Origin: Heptranchias perlo
Taxonomy: Eukaryota
DNA length: 64,000 nucleotides
Reading direction: 5' to 3'
NCBI RefSeq assembly: GCF_035084215.1
Contig: NC_090342.1
Coordinates: 38,316,001-38,380,000, forward strand
Positions 38,213-52,084 of this stretch are shown here, piece by piece (within the stretch, counting starts at the first letter, position 1; each line of letters starts with the position of its first letter). Under the pieces are notes generated by a model. The model was not told the DNA's origin, searched no databases, and saw nothing but the letters and a program-made list of their open reading frames with translations. The translations under genes were made by a program, and so were the position numbers.

Positions 38213-39892
38213 TGGTACCACCCTTCCGTCCCTGGTGGCGGCCTCTGCAGCCCAACTTTGGGTTTCCGCCTGTCAGCCAACTGCTACTTCCCACTGGTTT
38301 TGGGCGGGAAACCGCCTGGGGAGTTAAAATTGCCCGGGCTTCATGCTGCCGAGGTCAGGATGGTTTGCTGCTTGCCTCGGCTCCTGACCGATTCCCGGTT
38401 GACGTAAAACTGGGTTCAAGTCTGTGCTGACTTGGCTGTAGATGTGCTACAATGAGCTTCAGCAACCCTGGGCTAGAGAGCAGAAAATTAGCCAAGATTC
38501 CTGCTCCCGATTGCTATCCAGTGACCCCTGTTGGAAAGTAAGGCTGAGGACAAGGTCAGGATTGCCTGTGAAGCCCCAAGATTGACTTGCCTGGCAAAAG
38601 TCACTGTTTTGGCTCACACATAAATAATGGCCACTTCAGTGCAATGAAAAGGGCCAATTTGGGGAGAGAATGTCTGGAAGAATAATGAGTCACAATAATG
38701 TCTTTGTATCAACTGACAAAACAATAATTTTGTGATGTGATTTTTGTCAGGTTTTCTGACGTGGACTATATTGCACATCCCATGAATTCCATTGTTACAG
38801 TTGCAAAATGGGGGCAAAAATGTTTGCCTGATAAATTAACCTTTTGGTTTGCTGAGTAAAATCTGGCAACTGTTCATTTCATTTGATTTTACCTAGCACA
38901 TCTTTCTGTAACCATGATGGAGGGTGAGGCACTTTCGGTAATGGATTTCACTGGGACTGGAAGGAAGTTTAATTTGAGCAGAACAAGCTGTACTACACTG
39001 GGTTCCATATCTTTCTTTCCCCAACCTGTGATTGCTCAGCTAAGCATAGAGTGGTGCATGTGAATTTGAGTGACAGATCATTCAGGAAGGATTGACAATT
39101 CCCCCCATCAGTCAGTGACCGATGTTGGGATACTGTTTCACTGTTGCCAGTAATCTTCTGATATCTCTCTCAAGTGGCCAGTCTTTATTTGTGAGCATAG
39201 ACAGTTAGGACAAACAGGCTTTACCATAGAGGGTTAGCCTATCTGAGCCTGATCTTAACCTCACCTGCAGGACTCACTGGATAGTAGTGAGTGGGAGCTC
39301 TGACTGAATTTTTTTTCCTCCTTATCTGTAGGCAGAGGTGGTAAGATCAGTTGCATCACTCCTACTACTGCCCTAGCTGGGATCGGCCAGCTCAGATCAG
39401 CAATTGAACTTAGGGCACTCCTGATTTTTGTGGCTCAGTGCCACACTGGGGGTGATGAATTTTGCGAACTGAATTATCAGTGGAGCCTGCGACAATAGTC
39501 ACTGAAAGCTCTTCATGTCTTGTCTGGCTGTGCCAGTACATGAAATAGAGTTTCATATCAGCTGCTTAGTAACAGAACTTCAATACTGCAGCTCCGCCTC
39601 CATAATTTGACAAAACTAAAGGAAATTTTTTTTATTGTAGGTTTTCCTGACTGATTGCATTGGAATTTGACATCCCTATAAAATGTTATTCTCAGGGTTA
39701 AAGAGGCGAGTTGATAAGCTTGTTGGTAAATTAAGTGCAGCAGGAGCAGTGCTGCAGTGAAGCCCTGCAACCCCCACCTCCCTGGCTGAGCTCCCCTCAG
39801 GGTGTTTGGCCAGAAACCTTAGTCAGGATAATTGCTAAGGAATCTCTTTTGGAAAGGCCCAGACCTTCAAAGTAAATCCTGTGGTTTTTTTT

Positions 39893-39926
39893 TATAAAAG
39901 AGTTGTGGTCAAAGGCAGCTTCAGTC
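39893..39926 (+). promoter_or_regulatory. FBLN1 core promoter: TATA box + initiator
   Basis: TATAAAAG at 39893-39900. Initiator-like TTCAGTC has its A at 39923, 30 nt from the first T of the TATA box and 155 nt upstream of the exon 1 ATG. Confidence 0.7.
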
Positions 39927-40077
39927 AGGACTGCAGGAGAAAGAGGAAGAGAAGGAACGAAGGAACAAAGGGAACGGAAGGGGAAAAGACTTTTTATTTA
40001 AGAGAAAGAACGGAATTCAGTATTTTTGTTCTTTTAACTACTGCAACAGGAAGTTTTTTTTCCAGTTTTCCTGCCTG

Positions 40078-40138
40078 ATGGATCTCCCAGCTAGAATCTC
40101 GGTAACGTTGCTCAGTCTGTTGCTGTTCAGCCTACAAG
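40078..40138 (+). CDS. FBLN1: FBLN1 (fibulin-1) coding exon 1, signal peptide
   Basis: MDLPARISVTLLSLLLFSLQ plus 1 nt, hydrophobic and leader-like. AAG|GTAAGA donor; phase 1 joins exon 2 in frame. Confidence 0.82.
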
Positions 40139-41679
40139 GTAAGAGAGAATGCATTGCAACAAGTACATTCATGACTCTGCTGTCTGCAACCATGCTGGCT
40201 GGCTGCAAGCAGTCAGAAAACAGAGCTCCTTTGTTACCTATTTGAAAAGGACACAAATAATCAAATTCTTCTGGGGAAAATGTATTAAGGAGTGTTTGGA
40301 TTAATTAATTTAAAATTACACTGCACTTATTTTTCTTACTAATCAGTGCATGAAGCTGATTTAAACATTGGAATGTTTCTATGTGTGATGATTTGTGGCT
40401 ATTTCTTCAATGTTTAGTCTGCATTTCAGAATAATTGTTGGGGTTTTTGGAGGCCCTGTGTAAGGTCCCATTCACTGCACTTTTATACATCACTCGGTTA
40501 ACTTGTAATTGTAAGTGCACCTCTGGTACTGCGGTTGCTAGTTTTCAGAATTTAAAAAAATCTCAAATCAATTTTTCACAGGACCTCACCATGTGCCATA
40601 GGTTGGGATCTAATTTAACAAAAGGAATATTTGCTTGTAAGATAACCTATACCTTTTTCAGCACCATGAATGTCTTGGTGAAGATATAAAAACCATACAT
40701 TGCAGAATTAAAAAAATCTTTCATTGCATTAACTTTTGTTTAAATTGTTAGTGGGTTGGAGGAGAGGGGGTGGAGATCACACTGTTGCAGTGTAGACTTT
40801 GCATATAGTACAAAATGATTGCTTTGTGAGGCAGACTATCCAGGAATTCAGCCTACTTGCAGGGCTCTACATAATGATGATGTAACCCCTTTAAGAATTG
40901 TAATGTCAAGGCTGCAAGACCATGCCTGTTGTAGCTGTATCAAGCCTGTAAAGCTATTTGCCCCTGTAGCTGCATCAAGGCTGTAAATTATTTGCTCCCT
41001 GTAGCTGTATCAAGCCTGTAAAACAACAAACCGGCAAAAGCAACAAAGCTGCCAGAATGTTATGGAACTGCGAGTTTCAATTTTTTTTGGAAAATCCAAT
41101 GCTTCCCTGAGGCTTACATGCTCAACTTTGTTAATGAATGCAGGAGATTAATTTAATTCTTGAACTGGGATAGCTATTATGGTGATGACCAAGTTGGCAT
41201 TTATACAAATCTATATATCACTTCAAAAAATTGAAGTTCACATTAATAATGGCTTGTTCATAGCTGTTGGTGTGTGTAATGGCATTTGTGAAGTTACACA
41301 TTTGTAATGCTCTCATAATATGTTATCGCTTTTTTAATATCTTGTATATGTTTTTCCCACAAAAATATTTAATTGCTTTATATATTTAACTTTATAATCT
41401 CTCCCCCATCTCCACACCAGCAACTTGTTCCAATGCAGCCTCCTTTGATCAGGATGGTCTGAGCTGATGTAATAAAATGGTGGTGCTTGTGGGCTGAGCT
41501 GGTGAGGCAGCACAATGAAGTTCCAGGGTACTGTGCCATAAATCAACATGGCAAAAGTTTGTACCAGCAGTTTTGCACACAGTAAGTTGCTGCTGTCAGG
41601 TGTGTCCATGGAGTAGCAGTGGTGGTGCCAAGTTCCAGTAGAAAGCTAAGCTCTTGTCTTACCTAATCTCCAGATCCAC

Positions 41680-42341
41680 AGGTACAAAAATTAATCCAAA
41701 TGGCTGATGGAATGTTGGTCTTTATCTCAAAATGACTGGAATACAAAAATGAGGAAGTTATGCTTTAGTTGTATAGATCCTTGGTTAGACCCCATCTGGA
41801 GTACTGCGTTCAGTTTTGGGCACCGTACCTCAGGAAAGGTATTGGCCTTGGAAGAGGGTAGAGTGCTGGTTCACTGAATGATACTGGAGTTTAAAGGGTT
41901 AAATTTTGAGGCCAGATTGCATAAACTTGGTTTGTATTTTCTTAAGTGTAGAAAGTTGAGGGGTGATCTAATTGAGGTACTTCAAATGATAATGTGATTC
42001 TATAGGCTAGATACAGAGAAATGATTTCCTCTGGCAGGGGAATCCAGAAAAAGTGGGCATAATCTTAAAATTAGATCTAGGCCATTTGAAGTGAAATCAA
42101 GAAGCATTTTTTCACAGAAAAGGTAGTGGAAATCTGGAACTCTCTCCCCCAAAAGAATGTGGATGCTAGGTGCATTGAAATTTTCAAGCCTGATCGATAG
42201 ATTTTTATTAGGTAAGGGTATCGAGGCATATGGAGCAATGGAGAATAAATGGAGTTGAGGTGCAGATCCGCCAAATGACAGAGGGGCAATGACAGGCTCG
42301 AGAGGCTGAATAGACTACTCCTGTTCCTATGTTTCTATGTC
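41680..42341 (+). mobile_element. CR1 LINE 3' portion
   Basis: [23 protein letters not shown] and tail CTACTCCTGTTCCTATGTTTCTATGT. Confidence 0.88.
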
Positions 42342-44899
42342 ACATCTCCACTGACGTGCCCATGTAGTTCTAATAAGGTTTATGACCTCGTATACTGGGG
42401 GAATGGTGAGTCTGTACAACCTATACCAGGCGCAGCCGCTGATCATTCCACTGCAACAATCTCCCCTCCTCAAATTTCCTGATAGCAGATGAATGCCTAT
42501 CCTACCAGCATAAATTTCCTGAAATTTGCAAAAACTAAAAAAGTAAATGCAACATGTCCAAAAAAACTTGCACCAAATTAAATCCAAAAAGACCCAAAAT
42601 TACCTCACATTTACTCCTAATGCAGCCAAACATATTAGGTCAGCCATCTTGACATAAGTGCCGGGATGCACGTGCTGGCAACCTCTAGTGTTGATCCGCT
42701 AATGTTTGTGGGGTCATGGGAGGTCACCCTATTAGCATAATCTGGGTTGGCGCACACGCCACTAAGATCTCATCTTGGGTGCCCACCTGCTAGTCCTGCC
42801 TGGACATTGTGGTTTGGAGTGATGATTCTGTGGGGGAGGCAGTCCTAGGGGCTGTAAATTAGGCCTTAGAATGAAGATGGCAATGCCCTATCTGCCCCCT
42901 TTATAAGGAGAGTGAAACATTTATACTCAACTTTTTATATCTTCAGGGGTCCACACCATGACCCCCAGCTGGGCCCCACTTTCGCCGTTTGGAGGGCTGG
43001 TATATCTGCTTCCAACCAATGTATTTATCGCTCATGTTCTATCTGGCTGGGGATGAGGAAACTCTCGGCCTGAGAGTCACCGCTCCTTCCCACGCCCATG
43101 TTATGCTGGTGTCTTTGTTTGAGATGGGCAGAGACTCCATAACCATAAGGCTCCATGGCAAATGGCAGGGAATGCCAGGACCCAACATTTCCAGGTCCAG
43201 ACCTAACTGACGGCCCTTCCGCTGGAGTCACACCAGACTTATGGCAGGAGTTTGCCGGAAGGGCCATGGAGTTTAATGCCCAGCTTTGAAAAAAAACAGG
43301 AAGTTCACAAATGAACCTGTTTAAAACGAGCCTTCAACAATGACATTGCATTTCTGGGGGCAACGACAGAAATATTGACATTGAATGTGAATTTCTGTGT
43401 GTTACTTGGCAGGCATGCTGAACTCCACAGTTAGTATGATTCTTACAAAAATAAGACTACATATCAAACATAGGTTTCCATTTTGTGACAATTAAAATAT
43501 GTGTGTATACTTTGTTGAAATCTTTTTATTTCTTTGTGATGGTAATTAAAGTCAGATATAGAAGATTGTGCAAAGCAACCTTTGGTTCCTACTTCACTGT
43601 CCGTGTGGATACACTGGCCTCTTCAGTTACAGGAGAACATCCTTGCGTTGTCAATTGTGCAGTATAGTTAATGATAATCAAATGAATTGTGATGAAAGCT
43701 CTTGAACAAATTTCATGCAGCAATTTATTGTAGCAGTGCAATATCTTAGTGAGTTTATGGTTCTTTTTCATGGTTTTACGGTTATAGCAGGAAGGGGAGG
43801 AGAGGGTTTTTTCAGTGGATGTTTACAGATTGAATTCCAAATATGAAAGTTAACTCCAAAGCAGGAATTTTAGTTTGCTTAATGCTTAGCCTTCTGTTCT
43901 GATGGGTTGAGATGCTCTATCCACAATTACAGCCATAATCCTGCTTGATGAAAGTGCAGTTGTTTAAGGGTCTGGAAATGGTTGGCAATGGAACGAGATG
44001 CCAAGCCTCAGTTGCCTAAGAATTGGGAAATCATCATAAAATTGGTGTTGTTGATCAGGAGGTCATCCAGATGCAGAGGAATTTAAAAATATTTATTTTA
44101 TTTACAAAGTTAAGTTGCAAAGTTCTCTGCTTGTTGGTCATTTCCATTCCCTTTTTACTTTAAGATCTAATTCAAGTCTCTATCACTTATAAAATAATTT
44201 ACAGTGCTGGTGAATTAGTAACATTAAGTCATTGAAAGTCCACAACATAAATGTAGACAATCTGTTGAAAGAGCGAGATTAATCAACCATATGTCTTTTC
44301 TTGCTTCATACTACTCTTATCTAAGAGCAGAAAGTTGGTTCCACAACAGCATTTTATTTCTTTTTATTATTCGAACAAAAACAAAATCCAGGGAAATGAA
44401 TCTTAATCAATCTTTTATTTGGCAAACAACCTGCTTGTATTTGCACAAGGTATCAAAACTAAGAGCATTATCATTCAATAGTTTCTGAGCTTCAGTCTCC
44501 TATCTAATAATATGGTACACTGTCATGTTAACTGTGACTTAAGCCATTTGCTGAATTTGCTGGGTGTACACCTAAAGAACCATTTGACTGCATGCACTAA
44601 CTTTAGAAAAAATAAAATCAAACTTAATGTACGTTCTATGAAATATTCAAGCTTTAGGTAAGTAATACGTCATGCAATGTTATACTTTAGTTCACACTGT
44701 AGTGATAGACAGTTAACTCTACTGTACCATACTGAGCGGGATAATCAGAAGGTCAAGACTGCAGGTTCTGTACTCCAATCAAGCTACCATCCTGTGTTTC
44801 TCAGCTGAATCCAGTAGGAATTCAGTATTGCTGTTTGACCATTGTGCCTGCCAATGCCTTGTTTACCTAGTCATCCATAGATTAAGGTTTGCAGCTCTG

Positions 44900-46150
44900 G
44901 CTGGCTTTCCACAAGTGTAGACTGCACACACGTAGCCATCAGAGCACCCTCCAACCAGCCAGGAGCCTTTGTTAACCGCAAGGGCTTCCACTCCATCAAC
45001 TTCCAACTCATGTGCAACCACAAGAAGAGGTTCATGCAAGTATTTGCCCGATACCCAGGGAGCTGCCACAATGTCATCATCTTATGCCAGTACAATATCC
45101 CTCTCATGTTTCGACCTGTTTCCTCCAGTGTTAGAGGATGGCTTGGGGACAAAGGATACCCCCTCCTACCATGGCTGATGACACCTATTCGGAACCCCAC
45201 CAATCCACAGCAGAACAGGTACAACAGCAGCCACATCACTACAATGTGTGTCATAGAGCAGGCCATTGGGATGCTCAAGTCAAGGTTCAGGTGCCTTGAT
45301 AGTTCTGGAGGCTCCCTGCAATACTCGCCAGCTAGTGTCTCCAGAATAATTGTGGCATGTTGTGTTCTGCATAACATCGCTCAACAAAGAGGATTGGAGG
45401 TGCAGGAGGAAGAAGGCCTGCAGGACTTATCATCTGATCAGGAAGAGGATGGTGAGGAAGAAGAATGGACATGATGCACGGCGTGTGGTGCATTTTGCAG
45501 CCTGAAATGCAAGGGATGCTCTCATAGCTCACTTTACCTAGCGATCTCTTATTCCTACCACTCTTATGTGACCAAACCCCTTTGCACTAACAGCCCTGCA
45601 AACTTCACTCTATTGCTTTACAATCTTCCAACTTGCCACCTTGAAAACATTGAACCAACTTCCACACCTATGATGTAATAACAAGGCAGACACAGTAATT
45701 ACCTTGAAAGCAGAGAACATACAAAAGTGACAGAAGTGAGAAAGGTTTTAATGTGCACCAGAAAGCAAATATTTACAAATCAAGTAGTGCAACACCCAAA
45801 TATGAACCCTAAGTCCTCTTTTTGGCCAATGGCTTCCTAGGTCTACCACTTCTATGAGGTGCTACCCCAGTAGCTTGAGCAGAGTTAGTGGTAGGCTGCT
45901 CTGTATCTTCCTCAGACTCCTGGGATACTCGCGGCTGATGACTTCTGAGTGCTGGAGCCCGTGAGGCCCTGCTCCTGGGCTAATGCTGGGGCAGCTGGCG
46001 TTCAGACACCACGTCGGGTATTGGTTGAGGGATTGGCAAGGATTGAGACATGCTGACCTCCTGAGAGAGGTCTACACATGTTGCACCCATGCCACCAACC
46101 TCCCTCCCTTGGACCAGTGGCATATCAGTCCTGTTGGTCTTAACCCCCAA
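44900..46150 (+). mobile_element. Harbinger relic: HARBI1-like DDE transposase C-terminal half, probable convergent second-gene relic downstream
   Basis: FVNRKGFHSINFQLMCNH..ARYPGSCH..GWLGDKGYPLLPWLMTP..VIEQAIGMLKSRFRCLD..ACCVLHNIA plus an acidic tail. Confidence 0.88.
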
Positions 46151-46805
46151 ACAGTTTGTACTGTGCGCACAGCAAAATCCCAAGTCTGGCAGAAGTATTC
46201 AGTTGATTACAAAAGTATCATTCTAAAGAGTGAAGTCTGCTCCAAACCAACATTTCAACTGTAATCTTTGATTGATGAAAGCATATTTTATTACAAATGA
46301 ATCTGCCAGCAGTCTATACATGGTGCTTGTCCTTCGCATGTTCTTTGAATGTTGAATTGTTGAGGATGTCTGAAATTGAGCACTTTCATCAATCAAACAT
46401 TTAGATTTCTTGTCTGCTGAAGATAATTTATCACAAAAATATTCTTGACATACACTGTAAAGAATGACTCTTCAGTGTCTTGGATATGCCAGTGGATTAT
46501 TAAAATGTCAAAAAGACACTGAAGAATGTTTTTGCGATCTAGTTTTCATTTTCTGGCAGTTTCACATAAGTTTGGCAAGTGTAATGTTTTGCAATCCATG
46601 CTGTCATCATGTCCTAGTTTTGGTCGAAGCATGCCCCACCTGTTAATACAGAGTATTTTTAGACCTGCCCATTTATATACCAAGAAATAGGCATTCATTT
46701 TGTAATGCTGTTAGTAATTTAGTTCACTGAAGATGATTTTTTTTCATATCAGTGAAAATTAAAAACTATATTAAATGGTCCATAGCTTATTAACTGTTAT
46801 GTGTA

Positions 46806-47190
46806 GGCTCCTTTAATAGCTCAGTGGGTAAATTGACCAGTTGCTGTGCTACTGAGCTATAGAGATAAGGAGGTTTCCAGGTGCAATTCTTGGTCTGTGC
46901 TGAGCTTTGATTGCAGATGGGGCAGTGGGTGAGGGAGTACTACAAGGTCACCATTCCTACAAATAACCTAGTAATTCTTGCTGAAAAATGCGCAGGAGTG
47001 TGTGCATACACGAATGTTGGGTAAAAATTTGTTGAGCTCAACGATAATAATGGTTTAAGATTGTGTTGATACTCATTGACTAGGCTTACATATGAATTGC
47101 CACTTGGGTGAGATACCATGGGGCTGCCAGGTTTGTGGAATCATAACCCAGTATAGATCGGCACCTTCAGCAGCAGTGAATATTGAGGGA
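46806..47190 (+). mobile_element. Old tRNA-derived SINE family (many copies)
   Basis: Box A TAGCTCAGTGGG and box B-like AGGTGCAATTC. Related copies at about 2440-2760, 18950-19185, 30095-30660, 38400-38650, 39100-39485, 50405-50510 and 57285-57755. Confidence 0.6.
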
Positions 47191-49797
47191 GCGGCAGTTA
47201 GGGCTGCCGTACTTAAAGAAACAACTATTGGAGTGCTCCCCTAATAGCTCTGTTGGCAAATGTAGTGCTTAGTGTAGAGCTGAACTGTACAGATCAGGAA
47301 GTTTTCCAGTCTAAGCTGATTTAGCTGGCCTAATAGTTTTACAATAATAAGTGTAAATGAAGAATTGATCATAGTGTATGTTTTGGGGTGCAAGTGTGCC
47401 CGGAGGTGTGTGCCAGAACTTTCAACTTCAGTGCAGGCATAAAATGTGCGATATCAGATACCGTTATACACCCTGCCAAATTTTCCTTTCAAAATTGGGT
47501 GGGGTGTATAATGGGCAGGCAATCCGATATCACCCATTTTATGCCCTTGGCATAGTTGAAAGTTCTGCTCATAGGCTCTCAAAATCTGTGGGTCTTCTGA
47601 TGCATGCTTGCCATAAGTTGGACAGGAATATAGTGGAAGGCCTGTGAATTAATCCAGATACGCAGCATCCTAGCCTCCGCTTCTAATTTCCGTGGGGACT
47701 TTTCAGGGTGGAACATTCTGGGATTTCCTGGTGATCTTTGTTAGAGGTGGAACTTATGCTTGCCTCTTACAAGGCCCATAATGTCATGGAGTGGCTCCAG
47801 GGTTGGTGATTCCCTATGCCAAGTTCCTGCTTCTCCAGCTCATCTGGGACCCGGCATAGGACTAGAGGCCAGTGTACCAAGTGACATGAGTGGGCCCTAC
47901 ATGGAAGATCCTAACCCCAGAGAAACTACATTTTAAAAAAGAAATTGGATTCTCCCTTACACTGGGACAAAGGGAGAACACTGTGGAGTCTTAGTAACAC
48001 CCCCACCCCCCCATGGTGGATTGGCACTGGATATGCTGGCTGCATGGAGCAAGTGGGCACCGAAGATGTGCCTATAATGGCACGGGATGCTCCCCAGCCA
48101 CATACAAGTTAGGTGCCCTCCTGATGATCCTCCAAACTCCAGTGGAATCAAAGCTGGAGGGCACCATCAGGTCCTATCCTGGCATAACCAATTTACCAAA
48201 TCTACATCTCAGTCACTTGTGTTTCTGTAACATATTTTGTTGGACTTTATTTTTGTCACAACAACCTATTGTGTGCTTTTAAATACATTAAATAATTATG
48301 CCAATGAGCCTGCTGCAATTTGGGACTTGCTTGTCACTTTGGTTTGTGTCCTGATTTGGGTTTTAAAATACAGTTCTCTCTTTCAACTGTTTTACAGGCT
48401 CTCCTGTGAGCAGACTGTCCTCCCATGAAGGGGAAGCTGCACATTTATGTAGTTTGTGCTTGTAGATGTTGCGTGACCAGTGCCTAACAATTACCCCAGT
48501 TGCAGTAATCTGTGTACTGGACCTCATGCCAACTCATACAATGTTTTGAATCAGCTCACCAAGACAGAATATTAAAACACAGACCAATGTTTTTACTGTC
48601 TAAAATTAATAAGTATTTACTTACAAATTAAAGAAGCATCAAAATTAGGGTTAAGTGATATTAACACAACACAATAATCAATCATAAAGGCACTTTGCAA
48701 TGTTCATAAGGGATTAATTATCTGATGAATAAGTAAGATAAATGGTCAGTTTTTCTGAGCATTGTTGCCTGATAAAATACTGACGACAAAGCCTCTCTTT
48801 TCTTCAATCACCTGCCAAATGCTTTGTTGGTGATCATTTCTCCCTAGTTAGAATTCAGAGATGAACTCAATTTACTTGCTAAAGACCAACTTTTTTATTC
48901 AAAATTTTCATTAATGTTAGACTTCCCATCATTGTTTGGCAGCATTCATAAACACAATTAACAATCCACTGAAATGTGATGATCTTAAATCCAGGAAATT
49001 ATTAACAATGTGCGGCGGAATGCTCTTTGACACAAGACAAAGAATTTCCACATATATTCAACAGATTACAATTTATAACCAACAGATTTTCAAACCAAAG
49101 ACTAAGGCATAACTGATCTGATCAAAGCAACTTTCTACCCTGAAAGTTTCCCACATTAACAGCTTTAACATATAATATCAAATGTGCAACACCTTTAAGC
49201 CTGCAGGTATAGAAATCCCGTCGCACCACCATTCAATAAACACAGCTGTTGACATCATAATACATCAATTAGTGTTTCAAACCAATGCCATGATTCCCAA
49301 ACAGAAATTCCAGCCAGGCTGGTGCCAGATTACATATTTGATTTAAAAAGGAAGGACAAAGTTTGACTTTGGTTATTTTATATTTTAAAAAATACAATAG
49401 GGCATATTTTTTATTAATTGCACAAGATCTATTTCCTTCTCCTTTTGCAGTTTTGTTATTCATTAGTGAAAGCATGTGATGGGGGGTGTTATTATGGATG
49501 ATGGGTCAATAGCGCACTGTGCAATTTCTATTGTTTCTCATTGTTGGTGCCTTGGGACGTGTATCCATCCTAGAGGTGACTGTGAGATAGTGACGAACAA
49601 CATTGCTTACATTTTGTGCTTTCCTTGGCATGGATGCAGCACAGTTGAAATACAAGCTCAAAAGGCAAAAGTGTGGAATGCTGTAGGCTGGGAATCAAAT
49701 ATTGCTTACACACATCTGGCCAGCAAAAAATAATCACAGCTGCACTGAAAGCCATTCTGTTCTTGCAGCTATTTGTTTGATTTTTCTTTTCTTGCAG

Positions 49798-49906
49798 TGA
49801 CAGTACAGAGTTCAATTGATGCCTGCTGTTCAAATGGACTGGAGTGGGCCTCTGAGAAAGAGGAGTGTGCTTCTCTGCCCTATACACTAGAAGAGCCATT
49901 TTGCAG
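49798..49906 (+). CDS. FBLN1: FBLN1 exon 2 (anaphylatoxin-like module 1)
   Basis: VTVQSSIDACCSNGLEWASEKEECASLPYTLEEPFCR. 109 nt, strong pyrimidine tract plus cag, phase 1-2. Confidence 0.92.
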
Positions 49907-51054
49907 GTATATTTCTCAAACATCCTGAAATTTGCCTTTAAGCAAATAATTCATAATCGTGCAGCTTGTTTGAACTGTTGTTTCAATGTAAGTGTTGAAA
50001 TTGCAACAAACTGCTTGTTGTGGGATGTTGTTCACGGTAATTGATGGACATACAGGAGGGGACATTGACTGTTAATCTGGTTAAAAAAAACTATTTGTTA
50101 TTTCTTTCCGTTACATCAGGCTCTGGCAGTTCAGGTAAATAAGTAAGGGCTCTGAAGAAGTACCAGGATATGGAATTGTTTATGACATATATTAACCAAA
50201 CAAAGGCAATGCAATTAAAACTGATTTAGGTGAAATTAAATACTGGAAAGTCCTTACATAAAACCTAATGTATTCAGCTCTGTTCAGTCATATAAAGTAA
50301 CAGCAAGAATTGACAGCAAGTCACCAGACTGAAATGGCTTTGAATCTGAACCAGCAGTTGTACAATCATGTATTTTTGTTAAAGCTTTGTGGTATATCTC
50401 TGCTGATGGCTCAGGGATAAGTGCATCAAATAATGTGATACTCAACCATATAGACCAAGAAGGTACCAGGTTCAGTCCCTGTTCTGTGCTGAGGCACTGA
50501 ACCATAAGGTGCATCCTCACTTTAATATGCTGGAGAATTCACTCCCAAGAATGAAAAATTAATGAGTGTCAAAGGTACAGTGTTGACTTCTGCAAAAATT
50601 GAGATTTGCAGATTGTTCACACTCTGGTAGAATCATGACACATGAAAAATATTTCCTTTAACATCATTTAATGCTTTTTTAAACATGTTGTTTTAGAACT
50701 AATCCAGGATGAGAGAGAGAAAGAAAAATACTGTACCCATTCTTATAAAACATCCCCTTTAGCAGATTTTCTCAGTTTGGTCTGACTGACCAGCTGTGAG
50801 AACTCCCTGTGATGATATAGTGCAGATAATTGCTGTTGAAAGCAACCCGCTTGAAACTAGCTCAACTAACTATCAAGAGCCATGACAGGAATTTCAACTT
50901 TATGCTCGCACACAAGAGGTACTCATCTCTGTCCTGAGAATGATTTTTCATGACCTACAGACCAGAAATGTTTTCAAACAATTACGTTTAATCATTTTTT
51001 TAAATCTTGGTATTAACAGCTGAATACTTGTATCTATGTAGTGGTTTTCACATC

Positions 51055-51520
51055 CTCAGGACATTCCAATTAATTAATTTTGAAATGAAGTCAAACATGG
51101 CAACCAATTGCACACAGTATCTTCCCACAAGCAGCAAATGAAATAAATAACCAGTTAATCTGAAATAAAAATAGAAAAATGCTGGAGAGGACAAATGAGT
51201 TGACGTTTCAGTTATGGATCCTTTATGAAAAGCATCTGCTTTTTTTTTTGCTTTTTGACCAGTTAATCTGTGATTTTTTTTCTGTGGCATTGGTTGAAGG
51301 GAGGGCTGTTGGCCAAGACATTGCCTGTTCTTCAAATAATGCATTGGATCTTATTGGAACAGGCAGACTTGGTTTAACATTTCATCTGAAACAGAGTACC
51401 TCCAACAATGTGATACTTCCTCAGTACTGTACTAAATTGTCAGCCTACATTATGTGCTACAAATCCTAGAGTGGGGCTTGAACTCATAACCTTTAGACTC
51501 AGAGATGAGAATGATGCCAG
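51055..51520 (-). mobile_element. Deu-domain SINE, minus strand, degraded
   Basis: Reverse complement of the 29695 family (GGTTTAACATTTCATCTGAAA..CCTCAGTACTG..GGGGCTTGAACTC). Confidence 0.65.
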
Positions 51521-52009
51521 TTAAGCTATGCTGAGCCATTTGGCCCATGCAGCTAAGTTCATCCTGCCATAGAAATGGCATGAGGGTGGTTTGGGTAGAT
51601 TTCCCTTCTGATCATTACTTCCTTCCTTATCCAAGTGGCTGCCGCCTCTTTTCAGTCTCTACATTATACTCTGGACTCAGAGGGGCCAATTTTCACTTGG
51701 GAGCGTTTGGAAAACTAGCATTAGCGGATTGGCTGCCTGTCATGAGCTCACCTGATTTTTCTTTCCATTGCCAGTTTTCTGCCCACACTGAAAGTGAAAA
51801 TTACCCCCAACATTTCACGATGTGTGCAGTAGTGAGTGAGAATCTGTACTCATCTACTCTGCTGCATAAAATGGATATGCTTCAGTGGAAAATGCTGATA
51901 GATTGCATGGTAAATACAGTTTTAAAAGGGAGGAAAAGTAGGCAAGGGATTAGAACAGTGCTTCACAGCCTGAGTGTTTACTATAACTAATGGTAATATT
52001 CAACATTCA

Positions 52010-52084
52010 ACAAGGGCAATTAGGGATGGGCAATAAATGCTGGCCTTGCCAGCGATTCCCACATCCCATGAACGAATAAAAAAA
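52010..52084 (+). mobile_element. Extreme 3' end of the 11460-family LINE with 8-bp TSD
   Basis: CAAGGGCAATTAGGGATGGGCAATAAATG..GAACGAATAAAA; AACATTCA at 52002-52009 and 52085-52092. Confidence 0.85.

Noticed and set aside
37587-38294. 235-aa ORF
   Set aside because: Chance in-frame chimera of a CR1 fragment and a nested L2 fragment.
45010-45474. Possible domesticated HARBI1-like gene
   Set aside because: Only the C-terminal half is present, and related disrupted copies occur elsewhere in the window, consistent with transposon relics.
46806-46900. tRNA gene
   Set aside because: Only degenerate A/B boxes of a SINE head; no cloverleaf can be folded.
48480-49480. Possible conserved enhancer in FBLN1 intron 1
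   Set aside because: Repeat-free and AT-rich, but conservation cannot be judged without alignments.
51160-51230. Fifth hammerhead on the minus strand
   Set aside because: GAAACGTC is retained but the CUGANGA core and stem II are decayed.
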